Shown piece by piece: positions 1-8,504 of a stretch of 54,558 nt of DNA. The stretch comes from a virus (Duplodnaviria > Caudoviricetes), in IMG/VR virus record IMGVR_UViG_3300013125_000008, positions 1-54,558 of that record. One strand, 5' to 3'. Below the pieces are notes generated by a model. The model was not told the origin of the DNA and searched no databases. It saw nothing but the letters and a program-made list of their open reading frames with translations. A program made the translations under genes and the position numbers. The stretch's first letter is position 1. Each line of letters starts with the position of its first letter.

Positions 1-275
1 CAAGACGGTAACCTTCACCGAATTGACGGTCCTGCTGCAGAATATGCAAGCGGTACTAAATTTTGGTATCAAAATGGTAAATGCCACCGAACTGACGGAC
101 CTGCTATAGAATGGGCTAACGGTGATAAAGAATGGTATCAAAATGGTAAACTTCACCGAACTGATGGTCCCGCTGTAGAATATGCAAGCGGTACTAAATT
201 TTGGTATCAAAATGGTAAATGTCACCGAACTGACGGACCTGCTATAGAATGGGCTAACGGTAATAAAGAATGGTA
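1..275 (+). repeat. 69-bp coding tandem repeat with 138-bp higher-order (A-B-A-B) period
   Basis: 39-137 and 177-275 are identical except 2 substitutions (tgc/tgt, gat/aat); four HRxDGPA units visible. Confidence 0.9.
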
Positions 276-645
276 CGCAAACAATAATGTTATCGGTAAA
301 AGTGATAACGGATTTACTGATGAAGATTTTGAAAAATGGAAACAAGAGAATCCGAATAAATTAGAAGTTACAGCAAATCTGTTAAATAAATTAAGCTGGG
401 CAGGACAAGCGGTAATAGATAGTCAAGTTATAAAAGATTCTTTAATTAGTGATATCCGTTCAAGTGTTGATGTTATTTTATCTTTCGATAATTATAAAAA
501 TGAGTCTTTTGACGAAAATCTGCACCGGCAAACAAAATTTCATAGCTTACTTTCAGATATATATGATTATTCTGTAGCAGATTTGCGAAAAGTAATGGAA
601 ATAGTGCGTCGAGAATTACAGAAGTTACCCATTACCATTTTGTAA
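1..645 (+). CDS. 5'-truncated protein with tandem 23-aa HRxDGPA(xEY/W) repeats followed by an unrelated C-terminal segment
   Basis: Frame 1 is open from base 1 to TAA at 643-645 (not in ORF track since no start): QDGNLHRIDGPAAEYASGTKFWYQNGKCHRTDGPAIEWANGDKEWYQNGKLHRTDGPAV...KLSWAGQ...LPITIL. Confidence 0.85.
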   Translation, partial: QDGNLHRIDGPAAEYASGTKFWYQNGKCHRTDGPAIEWANGDKEWYQNGKLHRTDGPAVEYASGTKFWYQNGKCHRTDGPAIEWANGNKEWYANNNVIGKSDNGFTDEDFEKWKQENPNKLEVTANLLNKLSWAGQAVIDSQVIKDSLISDIRSSVDVILSFDNYKNESFDENLHRQTKFHSLLSDIYDYSVADLRKVMEIVRRELQKLPITIL

Positions 646-699
646 GATAGTCGAGTAATAAAGGATATTTAATTATGCTTGAGAGCAAAGTAAAGACTA

Positions 700-714
700 T
701 CTATATTTATAATA
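700..714 (+). promoter_or_regulatory. candidate late promoter variant (TCTATATTTATAATA) upstream of portal
   Basis: Resembles YCTATTATT motif found in other intergenic gaps; C lies 35 nt before ATG 736, the same spacing as the 11825 copy to ATG 11861. Confidence 0.3.
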
Positions 715-735
715 CAATGACTTTAAGGATATAGT

Positions 736-2769
736 ATGGGCTACCTAATTGGAAGCCAGTTTAAATTAGCAGAAGGTACGAATGAAGAGTTCAGGAAAGC
801 AAGAGCTTCCCAATTTAATAATTCAAGAGAACTTACTGAAGTTCCTATTGTTACTCCGCAGAGATCTACTGGAAATTTAGCAAACGCGCAAGCACGCCGG
901 CTTGTTACAGCGGGCGTTTCTGATGTTACTCGAACGGCTCCGATATTTAATGATCCTCGATATACTTCTTCTACATTATCCATCCCTACAGATGATAGAA
1001 CCCTTCATGGACTTTATAGATTTTTCGCAGAGACAGATCCGATTGTAGGCGCATCATTAAAATTATTAAGCGATTTGCCGCTTGCAGATTTGACTCTTGG
1101 ACAGTGCGAAGATTCCGGAGTTCAACAGCATTATGAAGATATGTGGGAAAGAATTAATGGCATTAAACTTTTGAGTGATATTACTCAAGAATATTACGAA
1201 ATCGGTAATGTTTATCCCTTTGGTGCTTTTAATGAAGCAGATTATATGTGGGATCAATTCGCGCTACTTAATCCTGATTACGTAAAGATTGAGAGTACGT
1301 GGATAAATGCTAAGCCTCTTATAAAACTTATTCCAGACGAAACGCTAAAAAGAGTTGTTCATACTCAAAGCCCTAGGTATATTTACGATCAGCTTCCTGA
1401 AGAGATGATACAATATGTACTATTTAATCAAGAAATTCCTCTCGAGCCTAATAATGTATTTCATGTAGCTCATGCTATGCGGCCATATGAATTAAAAGGT
1501 CGATCGCTTATAAAAAGAATTCTTAAGACGTTAATGCTGGAGGATCGATTTAATCAAGCAAATTTTGCTTTAGCTACTAGACATGCAGTACCTCTTACGA
1601 TTGTTAAAGTCGGAGATCCCGCTTCAGGATGGATACCGAAAGATGAAGAAATTAATGCTGTAAGGGATTTATTCGGAGCTTACGAGCTTGATCCAAATTT
1701 TAGTATTTTTTATCACTACGGAATAAATGTAGAGTATTATGGAAGTAATGGTAAAATGCTTCCGATTGGTCCAGAGCTTGATAGAATTTATAGATTAAAA
1801 TTTATCGGAATGGGAGTGCATGAGCAGCTTTTAGCCGGTCAGGGAGGTAGTTATAGTCAAGCTTATATTAACCTCGAAGTACAGAGGCAAAGATATCTTA
1901 ATTTACAATTAAAATTAGAAACGCTAGTTCATCAGGGCTGGTTTAAACCTGTAGCGGATTTATGCGGATTTTATCGTGTAAAGCAAGCTGTTGCTGGATA
2001 CGGCGGCGTTACTAAAAGCAAATGGGGCAGTACGATAAGTGCAAGTGAAGCGTACGCTAAGAATTTTAAATCTTTGCGGGATTTTCAAGATAATGCAGAA
2101 TTTCAAAAATTTACAATTTCTAAGACTGCAGAGAATAAAGGTACCGTCAGAGACTACGTATACCCGAAGCTTGATTGGGGAGCATTATCGGCGGCATCTG
2201 ATGAAAATTTGAAAAATTACATTAAGTGGCTTACAGATAAACGGCCGCATCTTGTAGATGATGGTACGCTTGCGCGACTTGCTAAGTTAGATAGAGATAC
2301 TCAAGAGAAAGCATATATTTCAGATCTTAGAAGAGCTCAGCAAAGAACAATTGCAATTTCAAAAGAGGGATTATTACCGTTCGTTGATAAAAAAACCGGA
2401 GGCGGCGCAGGAGATGGAGGCTTCGATCTCGGAGGATTAACCGGTGCAGATTTTAACGGCGGTACAATACCTATTGGAGATACTGCGGAATTAGGGATAG
2501 CGGAAGGGGGACCGCCGCCGTCGCCTATCGGAGAGGCCGGAGCTCCAGAAGCAGCTAATGGTAATGAACCAGCGGTAGGACTGTCATCATTATTTAATGA
2601 TCTTAGCAAAGAAGTTTATAGCTCTATTACGGAAGATGATATGTATTTTAGACGAGAAAATCATAAATTATCTACAAATCATGTAAACGTAATTAAAAAC
2701 TTAACTCCAGATCAGAAGCAAAATTTTGCTGCTATAATTAAAGAAATTGATAGAATTCAGGAAAGTTAA
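736..2769 (+). CDS. portal protein
   Basis: 677 aa; portal-like segments (FFAETDPIVGASLKLLSDLP; EYYEIGNVYPF; LNPDYVKI; GRSLIKRILKTL); Gly/Pro/acidic C-terminal tail; first gene of portal-protease-scaffold-capsid order; AAGGA RBS. Confidence 0.8.
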   Translation: MGYLIGSQFKLAEGTNEEFRKARASQFNNSRELTEVPIVTPQRSTGNLANAQARRLVTAGVSDVTRTAPIFNDPRYTSSTLSIPTDDRTLHGLYRFFAETDPIVGASLKLLSDLPLADLTLGQCEDSGVQQHYEDMWERINGIKLLSDITQEYYEIGNVYPFGAFNEADYMWDQFALLNPDYVKIESTWINAKPLIKLIPDETLKRVVHTQSPRYIYDQLPEEMIQYVLFNQEIPLEPNNVFHVAHAMRPYELKGRSLIKRILKTLMLEDRFNQANFALATRHAVPLTIVKVGDPASGWIPKDEEINAVRDLFGAYELDPNFSIFYHYGINVEYYGSNGKMLPIGPELDRIYRLKFIGMGVHEQLLAGQGGSYSQAYINLEVQRQRYLNLQLKLETLVHQGWFKPVADLCGFYRVKQAVAGYGGVTKSKWGSTISASEAYAKNFKSLRDFQDNAEFQKFTISKTAENKGTVRDYVYPKLDWGALSAASDENLKNYIKWLTDKRPHLVDDGTLARLAKLDRDTQEKAYISDLRRAQQRTIAISKEGLLPFVDKKTGGGAGDGGFDLGGLTGADFNGGTIPIGDTAELGIAEGGPPPSPIGEAGAPEAANGNEPAVGLSSLFNDLSKEVYSSITEDDMYFRRENHKLSTNHVNVIKNLTPDQKQNFAAIIKEIDRIQES

Positions 2770-2775
2770 AAAAAA

Positions 2776-3783
2776 ATGATTGTAAAAGAATGTAGCCAAA
2801 TTGTAAGGTGCGTACCGTTACCAAAGCAGACATTTTCTGCTGAGCGACGAATTATACCAATAGATGATACGCATAGGTTATTGAGATTTCGCGCAATTGC
2901 AAATCTTTGTAAAGGATCGTTTAACGGAAATTACGATGGATTTCCTTATGAATATTTTGAAGACTCAACTCCTGGATATGGATATAAATCATTTATTGGC
3001 AAGCGAGCTCATCACGAGCATAACTCCGCTCTTGGCATTACCGGCTCAATCGGAGATTTGCCTGACGCGTTCTTAAATAAGTTTCTTTACCCTTCTTCGG
3101 TTCCACACAGAGATTGGAGTAAGTTAGGGGGTCGAGCAAACGCCAGTCTTCGACAATCTATTCTTGATCTGCCAGAGCAACGCGCGGGAGATATTGAAGT
3201 GTTAATGCGACTTGACACGACATTAACTAAGAATAGTTCTACAGATGCGGGTGTTCGAAAAGCGTTAGATCGAATACTGCGAGCGATTGATAATAAACAG
3301 AAATTATTTTGCTCGATGGGTACTAATGTTGAGTATTCTGTATGTTCAGCTTGTGGAACTAGCGCACGATTTGCTAAAGATTATTGCGACCATTTGCGGC
3401 ATCGTAAAGGCGCGATGATTGTAACGACAGCGAACAGTATAAGAGATTTGCTTGATAAAGATCTCCTTCGTCCCGAGTGGTTAAAGCATGTAGTAACTTC
3501 TTCTTTTGATGTAAAAGAAATTTTGAATGGTATTTCCAATAAGCCGGTTTCAGCGAGAGCTGGAGAAATAAATCATAAGCTTTCTTTTTTTGAGTTATCA
3601 ATAGTTGGAATGCCGGCGTACGCAGAAGCAGAAGTATTAGAAAAAATAGCAAGACAGCAGGATGAAGGTCATAAAGATTACATTCGTCGAATCGCTAAGA
3701 CTCTCGGAAGAGATGCTATAGTAGATCTTTACGAGATACTTCAAGAAGAAGGATTAATTTCATCAATGTGTAAGGTAGCTTAA
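2776..3783 (+). CDS. prohead maturation protease with inserted Zn finger
   Basis: NGNYDGF, SFIGKRAHHEH (His), CSMG (Ser) followed by CSACG...YCDHL Zn finger and FFELSIVGMPA, typical of HK97/herpes-fold phage head proteases; follows portal. Confidence 0.75.
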   Translation: MIVKECSQIVRCVPLPKQTFSAERRIIPIDDTHRLLRFRAIANLCKGSFNGNYDGFPYEYFEDSTPGYGYKSFIGKRAHHEHNSALGITGSIGDLPDAFLNKFLYPSSVPHRDWSKLGGRANASLRQSILDLPEQRAGDIEVLMRLDTTLTKNSSTDAGVRKALDRILRAIDNKQKLFCSMGTNVEYSVCSACGTSARFAKDYCDHLRHRKGAMIVTTANSIRDLLDKDLLRPEWLKHVVTSSFDVKEILNGISNKPVSARAGEINHKLSFFELSIVGMPAYAEAEVLEKIARQQDEGHKDYIRRIAKTLGRDAIVDLYEILQEEGLISSMCKVA

Positions 3784-4700
3784 TGAAACCGTTTAAAACT
3801 CTTTGGAAAGGTGATTGGGTAAGTGTTATATCTCCAGAAGGAGCCCCTTACGAAACTCTTCACGAGAAGGATATTATTTTATGTCTTCCTATTAAAGAAT
3901 TTGAAGACGGCCATAAAGAAGTCGGTATTAGAGAAGAGTATTGCCCGCCGTATTTTGTAAAAGATGCCGAGGGCGAAGAGCTTTATTACACTGTTCTCTC
4001 TGGAAAAATTGACGATGGTGAAACTCCAAAACAGACGTTAATAAGGGAGCTAAAAGAGGAAAGCGGAGTAGTTTTCAGTAATCCGTCAATATTAACGCTT
4101 TATGAGAATCTTCCAATCTGTAAAAGTACGACAATGAGAGGATATTGTTATATTATCTCCGGGAAAGAATTTACAGAAAAAATTCCGAAAGGAGACGGAA
4201 CAGCGAATGAAAAGAGATCAAGAACAATTTGGGTGCCGATTAAAGAGCTTTCTAGTTATTTAGAGAAACCGAATATTGACGCTTTATTGTTTAGCCTGAT
4301 AAATTATGCAGCTCTAATCGTTGCTACACAATTTATAGATCGCAGCGAAGTTACGTCTGCATTACCTGCAAGTCCGTCGCGTCCGCCTCAAAGACCGGTC
4401 GAAAAAGGTGTAGTAGTTGATATGTATGAAGTAGAATATCCGGTACCCGCTAATTCATTAAAAGAAACGGAAGCGTTAGCTGAGCATCTGGACGAGCAAA
4501 ACGATTTTATAAATCAATATTTATTTCCTTCAACTTCTACAGAAGATGTGCTAGTTACGCTTCAGCAACGCGAAGAAGATAATGCCCCGGATAAACAGAA
4601 GGCTTTACGAAATCGATCGCAACCGATCGCCAAGCAAGCGTGGAGAGAAGTGCTAAGGCAGCTAGCTCCGCGAGTTACAGCTTCTTCGGCAAGGACGTAG
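3783..4700 (+). CDS. Nudix hydrolase with low-complexity C-terminal extension
   Basis: Complete Nudix box GKIDDGETPKQTLIRELKEESG (GX5EX7REUXEEXG); TAATG overlap with protease. Confidence 0.85.
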   Translation: MKPFKTLWKGDWVSVISPEGAPYETLHEKDIILCLPIKEFEDGHKEVGIREEYCPPYFVKDAEGEELYYTVLSGKIDDGETPKQTLIRELKEESGVVFSNPSILTLYENLPICKSTTMRGYCYIISGKEFTEKIPKGDGTANEKRSRTIWVPIKELSSYLEKPNIDALLFSLINYAALIVATQFIDRSEVTSALPASPSRPPQRPVEKGVVVDMYEVEYPVPANSLKETEALAEHLDEQNDFINQYLFPSTSTEDVLVTLQQREEDNAPDKQKALRNRSQPIAKQAWREVLRQLAPRVTASSART

Positions 4701-4726
4701 AATTTAAATTTGTTAGAGGAAAGTCA

Positions 4727-6694
4727 ATGAGCGTAAATTTTAAATCTGTAGTTAATAAGACGCTGGAAAATACTATTTTTGAAAATTACGTAACTATAAT
4801 AGTAGATTTAGACAAAACGCTTTGGGACTGTACTTCTGTAGACGGCAGCGAGATCGGAGCTTTTGAGACAGAATCTCCGTACGAGCTTAAAGCCCCTTCT
4901 GTAATTATTGATATAAAAGGCAATATTATTCGGCTACAAGACGGCGTGCGAGATGTTTTAAAAACTTTAGATGCCGCCAATAAGAATGTCGGTATTGTAA
5001 GTAGTGGAGAAAAGCTTGTAGATTTAGCTAACAGACTTGGTTTACCTTTCGAGGCGCAACCTTCTGTAATGCTTTTAAAAAAATTCGATATTTTTCAGTA
5101 TTTTAATTACGATATAATACTTAAGGCTTTTGCTGATAAAGGAAAATACGTAAGATCTAAAGGAAAAACGTTATTTATTGATGATAATCAAGAGCAATTA
5201 GATTCGGTAATTCGACATGCAGAAGAAAATAATTTAGATCTTGATGTTCTTTCAAGGACGGCTTTTAAGAATTGGAAAGAGTTATTAGAAGGGCGCAAGC
5301 GGCAAAGTAAGTTAAGCTGGGCGCTTTCTGCCGTACCTACTGCCGATTTTGACGACAATTTAGCATTATCAAAACTAAAACATTATAATCTTTATTTTAT
5401 TAATTACGTACGTTGTAGAGACGGTCATCCTTACTGGAATGTGCTTTTGTATAAAGATTTTGAAGGGGAAGCTTTTGATTTATCCGCAGTCGATAAACTT
5501 TTAATAGTAAAAACAAGAATTTTTAGTAAGGCTGAAGCAGAGCAATTAGCTAAAGCTGCTGCATGGTCGGATACATCCAGAGGAGCGTACGTGGTTAGTT
5601 ATAGTGCTAAGACTATAACTTCAGCTACTGCAGGACAGGCGCAAGCTTTGTTTATTTGTTTTTATGTTCCTGATGTTATTAAAGGCCGGTTAGGAGCTAT
5701 TAAAGATTTAGAAGATAATCTGCACGTTACTCTATTGTATTATCCAGATGCTAAAATTACAGACGATCAACTTGAAGAATTAAAACAGGCAATAGCAAAG
5801 TTTTATGAACATTGCGAATTGAGTATAAAATGTTCTTTTACGGGAATTGCTGAATTTGATAGTAAAGATACTCCAGTAGTCGCGTTAGTTAATATGACGA
5901 ACGGCGCAGAATTTCGAACTCGATTAAAAGAAATTGTAGCTTCAGTGATAACTTTAAAAGAGAGCGATTATGATTTTATTCCTCATGTGACACTTTCTTA
6001 TACTTCACAGAAGATTGATTCTGGAATACTAAAGGATATTAATTGGATTCCTGAACATATCGGAATGAATGTTAATAAAGATAATTATTTTAGTTATAGT
6101 AAATCTGGGAAAGTAATCGACGGAAAAAATGAGGAAAGTATTCGAGTTGCGCAGAAAGGGGTAAGCGGTACTGAGATAAAGAAAATATCTTTTAAGAAAT
6201 TAGCGTTAGATAAAGAATATTGGCTTACTTATATTCCGCAATACGTTAGATCTGCCGTTAAAGGCGGCTTAGCTACAGGACTTGGAAATAAAGATAATTT
6301 AGCTAAAGACGCAATTGATCGATTACTTTTAGAAATTCCGGATAGTATTAAGCAAGAGAGGGAATTTATATCGATATTCAATGATGCTATTGAAAAATTA
6401 GAAGCAGACGGTTATGGAGATTATTTTGCTCCCCGTTCTCTTAGTTTTAATACTCCGCCTTCTGACGATGCCGGAGATCAAGCAGTTAATCAATTTGGAG
6501 AAGCAATTGATGAAGATAGCGGCGAGATAAATTTTAATATCTATACGTCTCCAGAAACTTCGATATATCAATCTCCTTATCAAAAAGAAAGATCTATAGA
6601 TACACTTTTAGATCAGTTACACGAAGCTTTAGTCATCGGGGATTACGAGACGGCAACTCAGCTTAAAGTAGAAATAAAAAAGCTTTCTAGCTAA
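4727..6694 (+). CDS. multidomain protein: MDP-1-like HAD phosphatase + 2H phosphoesterase (LigT/Acb1-like) + C-terminal UVR-like helical hairpin
   Basis: HAD motif I IIVDLDKTLWD (~4805) and motif IV LFIDDN; two HxT motifs LHVTLLY (~5723) and PHVTLSY (~5984); C-term LLDQLHEALVIGDYETATQLKVEIKKL; start taken at ATG 4727 after GAGGA rather than GTG 4640. Confidence 0.75.
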   Translation: MSVNFKSVVNKTLENTIFENYVTIIVDLDKTLWDCTSVDGSEIGAFETESPYELKAPSVIIDIKGNIIRLQDGVRDVLKTLDAANKNVGIVSSGEKLVDLANRLGLPFEAQPSVMLLKKFDIFQYFNYDIILKAFADKGKYVRSKGKTLFIDDNQEQLDSVIRHAEENNLDLDVLSRTAFKNWKELLEGRKRQSKLSWALSAVPTADFDDNLALSKLKHYNLYFINYVRCRDGHPYWNVLLYKDFEGEAFDLSAVDKLLIVKTRIFSKAEAEQLAKAAAWSDTSRGAYVVSYSAKTITSATAGQAQALFICFYVPDVIKGRLGAIKDLEDNLHVTLLYYPDAKITDDQLEELKQAIAKFYEHCELSIKCSFTGIAEFDSKDTPVVALVNMTNGAEFRTRLKEIVASVITLKESDYDFIPHVTLSYTSQKIDSGILKDINWIPEHIGMNVNKDNYFSYSKSGKVIDGKNEESIRVAQKGVSGTEIKKISFKKLALDKEYWLTYIPQYVRSAVKGGLATGLGNKDNLAKDAIDRLLLEIPDSIKQEREFISIFNDAIEKLEADGYGDYFAPRSLSFNTPPSDDAGDQAVNQFGEAIDEDSGEINFNIYTSPETSIYQSPYQKERSIDTLLDQLHEALVIGDYETATQLKVEIKKLSS

Positions 6695-6728
6695 TATTTA
6701 TAAAATAGAAAATTAAGGATAAGAGAAA

Positions 6729-6971
6729 ATGAAAACTAATTGGAGAAGAGTATTAAGCGGACTTCTTGAGAAAGATGAATTTAAGCCTTATAAAGGAACG
6801 GACGGCATAACTTTACCAAATAGAGCTGAATATACCGGTGATAAGTTTCCGGGTTCTGGAGATCCAGCGAAAATAGAATTAAATGCCTGGCATAACGAAA
6901 ATCACGAAGGGCAAGAATTGCGAAATAAAGAACACAATTCAAAAAGTTCTCCATTATTAAATGTTAAGTAA
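6729..6971 (+). CDS. small hypothetical head-module protein sharing a 21-aa motif with the scaffold
   Basis: 80 aa; begins MKTNWRRVLSG; contains YTGDKFPGSGDPAKIELNAWH; AAGGA upstream. Confidence 0.7.
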   Translation: MKTNWRRVLSGLLEKDEFKPYKGTDGITLPNRAEYTGDKFPGSGDPAKIELNAWHNENHEGQELRNKEHNSKSSPLLNVK

Positions 6972-6984
6972 AAAGGAATGTAAG

Positions 6985-8127
6985 ATGAAATTTTCATTTA
7001 AAAATTTATTTAAATCTTCAATGGATGATAATATTGTAACAGAGCCTGGAGAAAGCTTTATACCTACATCGAATGGGTACCAAACTCCAGATGATATTGT
7101 GTCAGATCTTACTTATAGAAATTATGCGTATAATAGAGATATTTCTCCAGACATTACCCCTGAAAGGTGGGAAAAAATTTATGGTCCTGTAACACAAGCT
7201 ATGGAGAAACGTTATCAGAAAGAAAAGGCAGCAGGCGCTACATTTTCATCAATGTATTATCCGCCAGAAGGTGTAAATAAAATTTATAAACGTTCTTGGC
7301 GACGTGTCCTAAGCGGTGTTGATTTTAAGCAAAAACCTGATGGTACCGTGGAGATTGATGTTTTTAAAAATGTTCCCGAGACTCCCGAATATTTTGATGC
7401 AGAAGATACGAATTCTGCAGCGCCGGCTAGTAGTAATCCGCCGCAAAGTACTAATCAAAAAGCGGCAGCTACTATTCCGAATGATGAAGATTTAAAATTT
7501 GCACTTGCCTCTCTTCCGCAAGATGCTATCGAAGTGCTTAAGCGGTATTTTGTTGAAAATCTTCCATCTTCAATGCCGTTACAAGAATTGCAAGAATTAT
7601 CAGAATCTGATGCGGCTGTTAAGGTTATTTTATCTACAATCGAAACTTCACTTGCATTACCGTCTGCAAAAGAGAGATTGCGTAAATTATTTTATCAGCA
7701 ATATCCAAGCGTTTCAAATGATACTGTAGCCAATTGGAGAAATACGCTAGAAACACTCGCGGATTTAAATTTTAAGCAGAAAACAGACGGTACGGTAGAA
7801 ATTCATAGTGATATTGAAGTAAATGATGATACAGCACAGCCAATTCCCGCGGCAAATACCGTGGCTAAACCGGTGTCTCCCGCTCCGCAAGAAGCTAATG
7901 AACAAGCGGTTTCTACTTCTTCTCGATCGCTCTCTCCAAAAGAGTGGGTGATTAAAAAACAAGGCAATTTAGTTCTTAAAGGACGTGAATGCGCTGACGC
8001 TTGCGGAATTGTAATCGAGAAAGCCGGCAAAGTAGTTGATTTTGAACGAATTCTAAAGAACGGACATTCTTGGAGAGAACTTATTAACCAAGCTGTATGG
8101 GAAGAAAGATTTCAGTCTGTAAAGTAA
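6985..8127 (+). CDS. hypothetical head-module protein with internal duplicated motif (putative capsid-internal protein)
   Basis: FKQKPDGTVEI (7324-7356) and FKQKTDGTVEI (7771-7803), each preceded by W-R-x-x-L; ATG 6985 has AAGGA RBS (ORF track start 6961). Confidence 0.7.
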   Translation: MKFSFKNLFKSSMDDNIVTEPGESFIPTSNGYQTPDDIVSDLTYRNYAYNRDISPDITPERWEKIYGPVTQAMEKRYQKEKAAGATFSSMYYPPEGVNKIYKRSWRRVLSGVDFKQKPDGTVEIDVFKNVPETPEYFDAEDTNSAAPASSNPPQSTNQKAAATIPNDEDLKFALASLPQDAIEVLKRYFVENLPSSMPLQELQELSESDAAVKVILSTIETSLALPSAKERLRKLFYQQYPSVSNDTVANWRNTLETLADLNFKQKTDGTVEIHSDIEVNDDTAQPIPAANTVAKPVSPAPQEANEQAVSTSSRSLSPKEWVIKKQGNLVLKGRECADACGIVIEKAGKVVDFERILKNGHSWRELINQAVWEERFQSVK

Positions 8128-8151
8128 TTTTAGTTAGTAGAAAAGAATTTA

Positions 8152-8367
8152 ATGAGTCTTAATTTTGATAAATTTGAAGAAGAGTTTAAGAAACTCAATT
8201 TTGAAGATTTCGCTGTGCCGGATAAGCCTTTCGGGCTTAGAACAGCGTTTGAAAATCGTTGTATAGAGATTACCACTTCATTACAAAAACGTTTAGCTAA
8301 ATCACAGAAAGCACTCCTGGAGCAGGAATTGCAAGTTTTACAAGCGGCTCTCAAAGAGATTTCTTGA
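8152..8367 (+). CDS. small hypothetical coiled-coil protein
   Basis: 71 aa ORF filling gap, same strand, helical charged composition. Confidence 0.6.
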   Translation: MSLNFDKFEEEFKKLNFEDFAVPDKPFGLRTAFENRCIEITTSLQKRLAKSQKALLEQELQVLQAALKEIS

Positions 8368-8504
8368 CTCCTCAAATCTGACACCCCTTGAATTTTTAGT
8401 TTCTCTCTGATATACTTCTAATAAATTTAATACTCTCTAGCGATGTGCTAAGAGATAAGCTTAATTCTAGAAAAAATAGCTATTTTTAACAAAGGAGAAT
8501 TATA

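Noticed and set aside
1-275. CRISPR array or DGR template/variable repeat
   Set aside because: Repeats are in-frame coding units without unique spacers; differences are not adenine-specific and no reverse transcriptase is present.
4640-4726. GTG 4640 start for the HAD/2H protein (similarly 10738 for MCP, 52102 for the FolE2-like gene)
   Set aside because: Downstream ATGs (4727, 10801, 52138) have RBS or stop-start overlaps and avoid long overlaps or hairpin regions.
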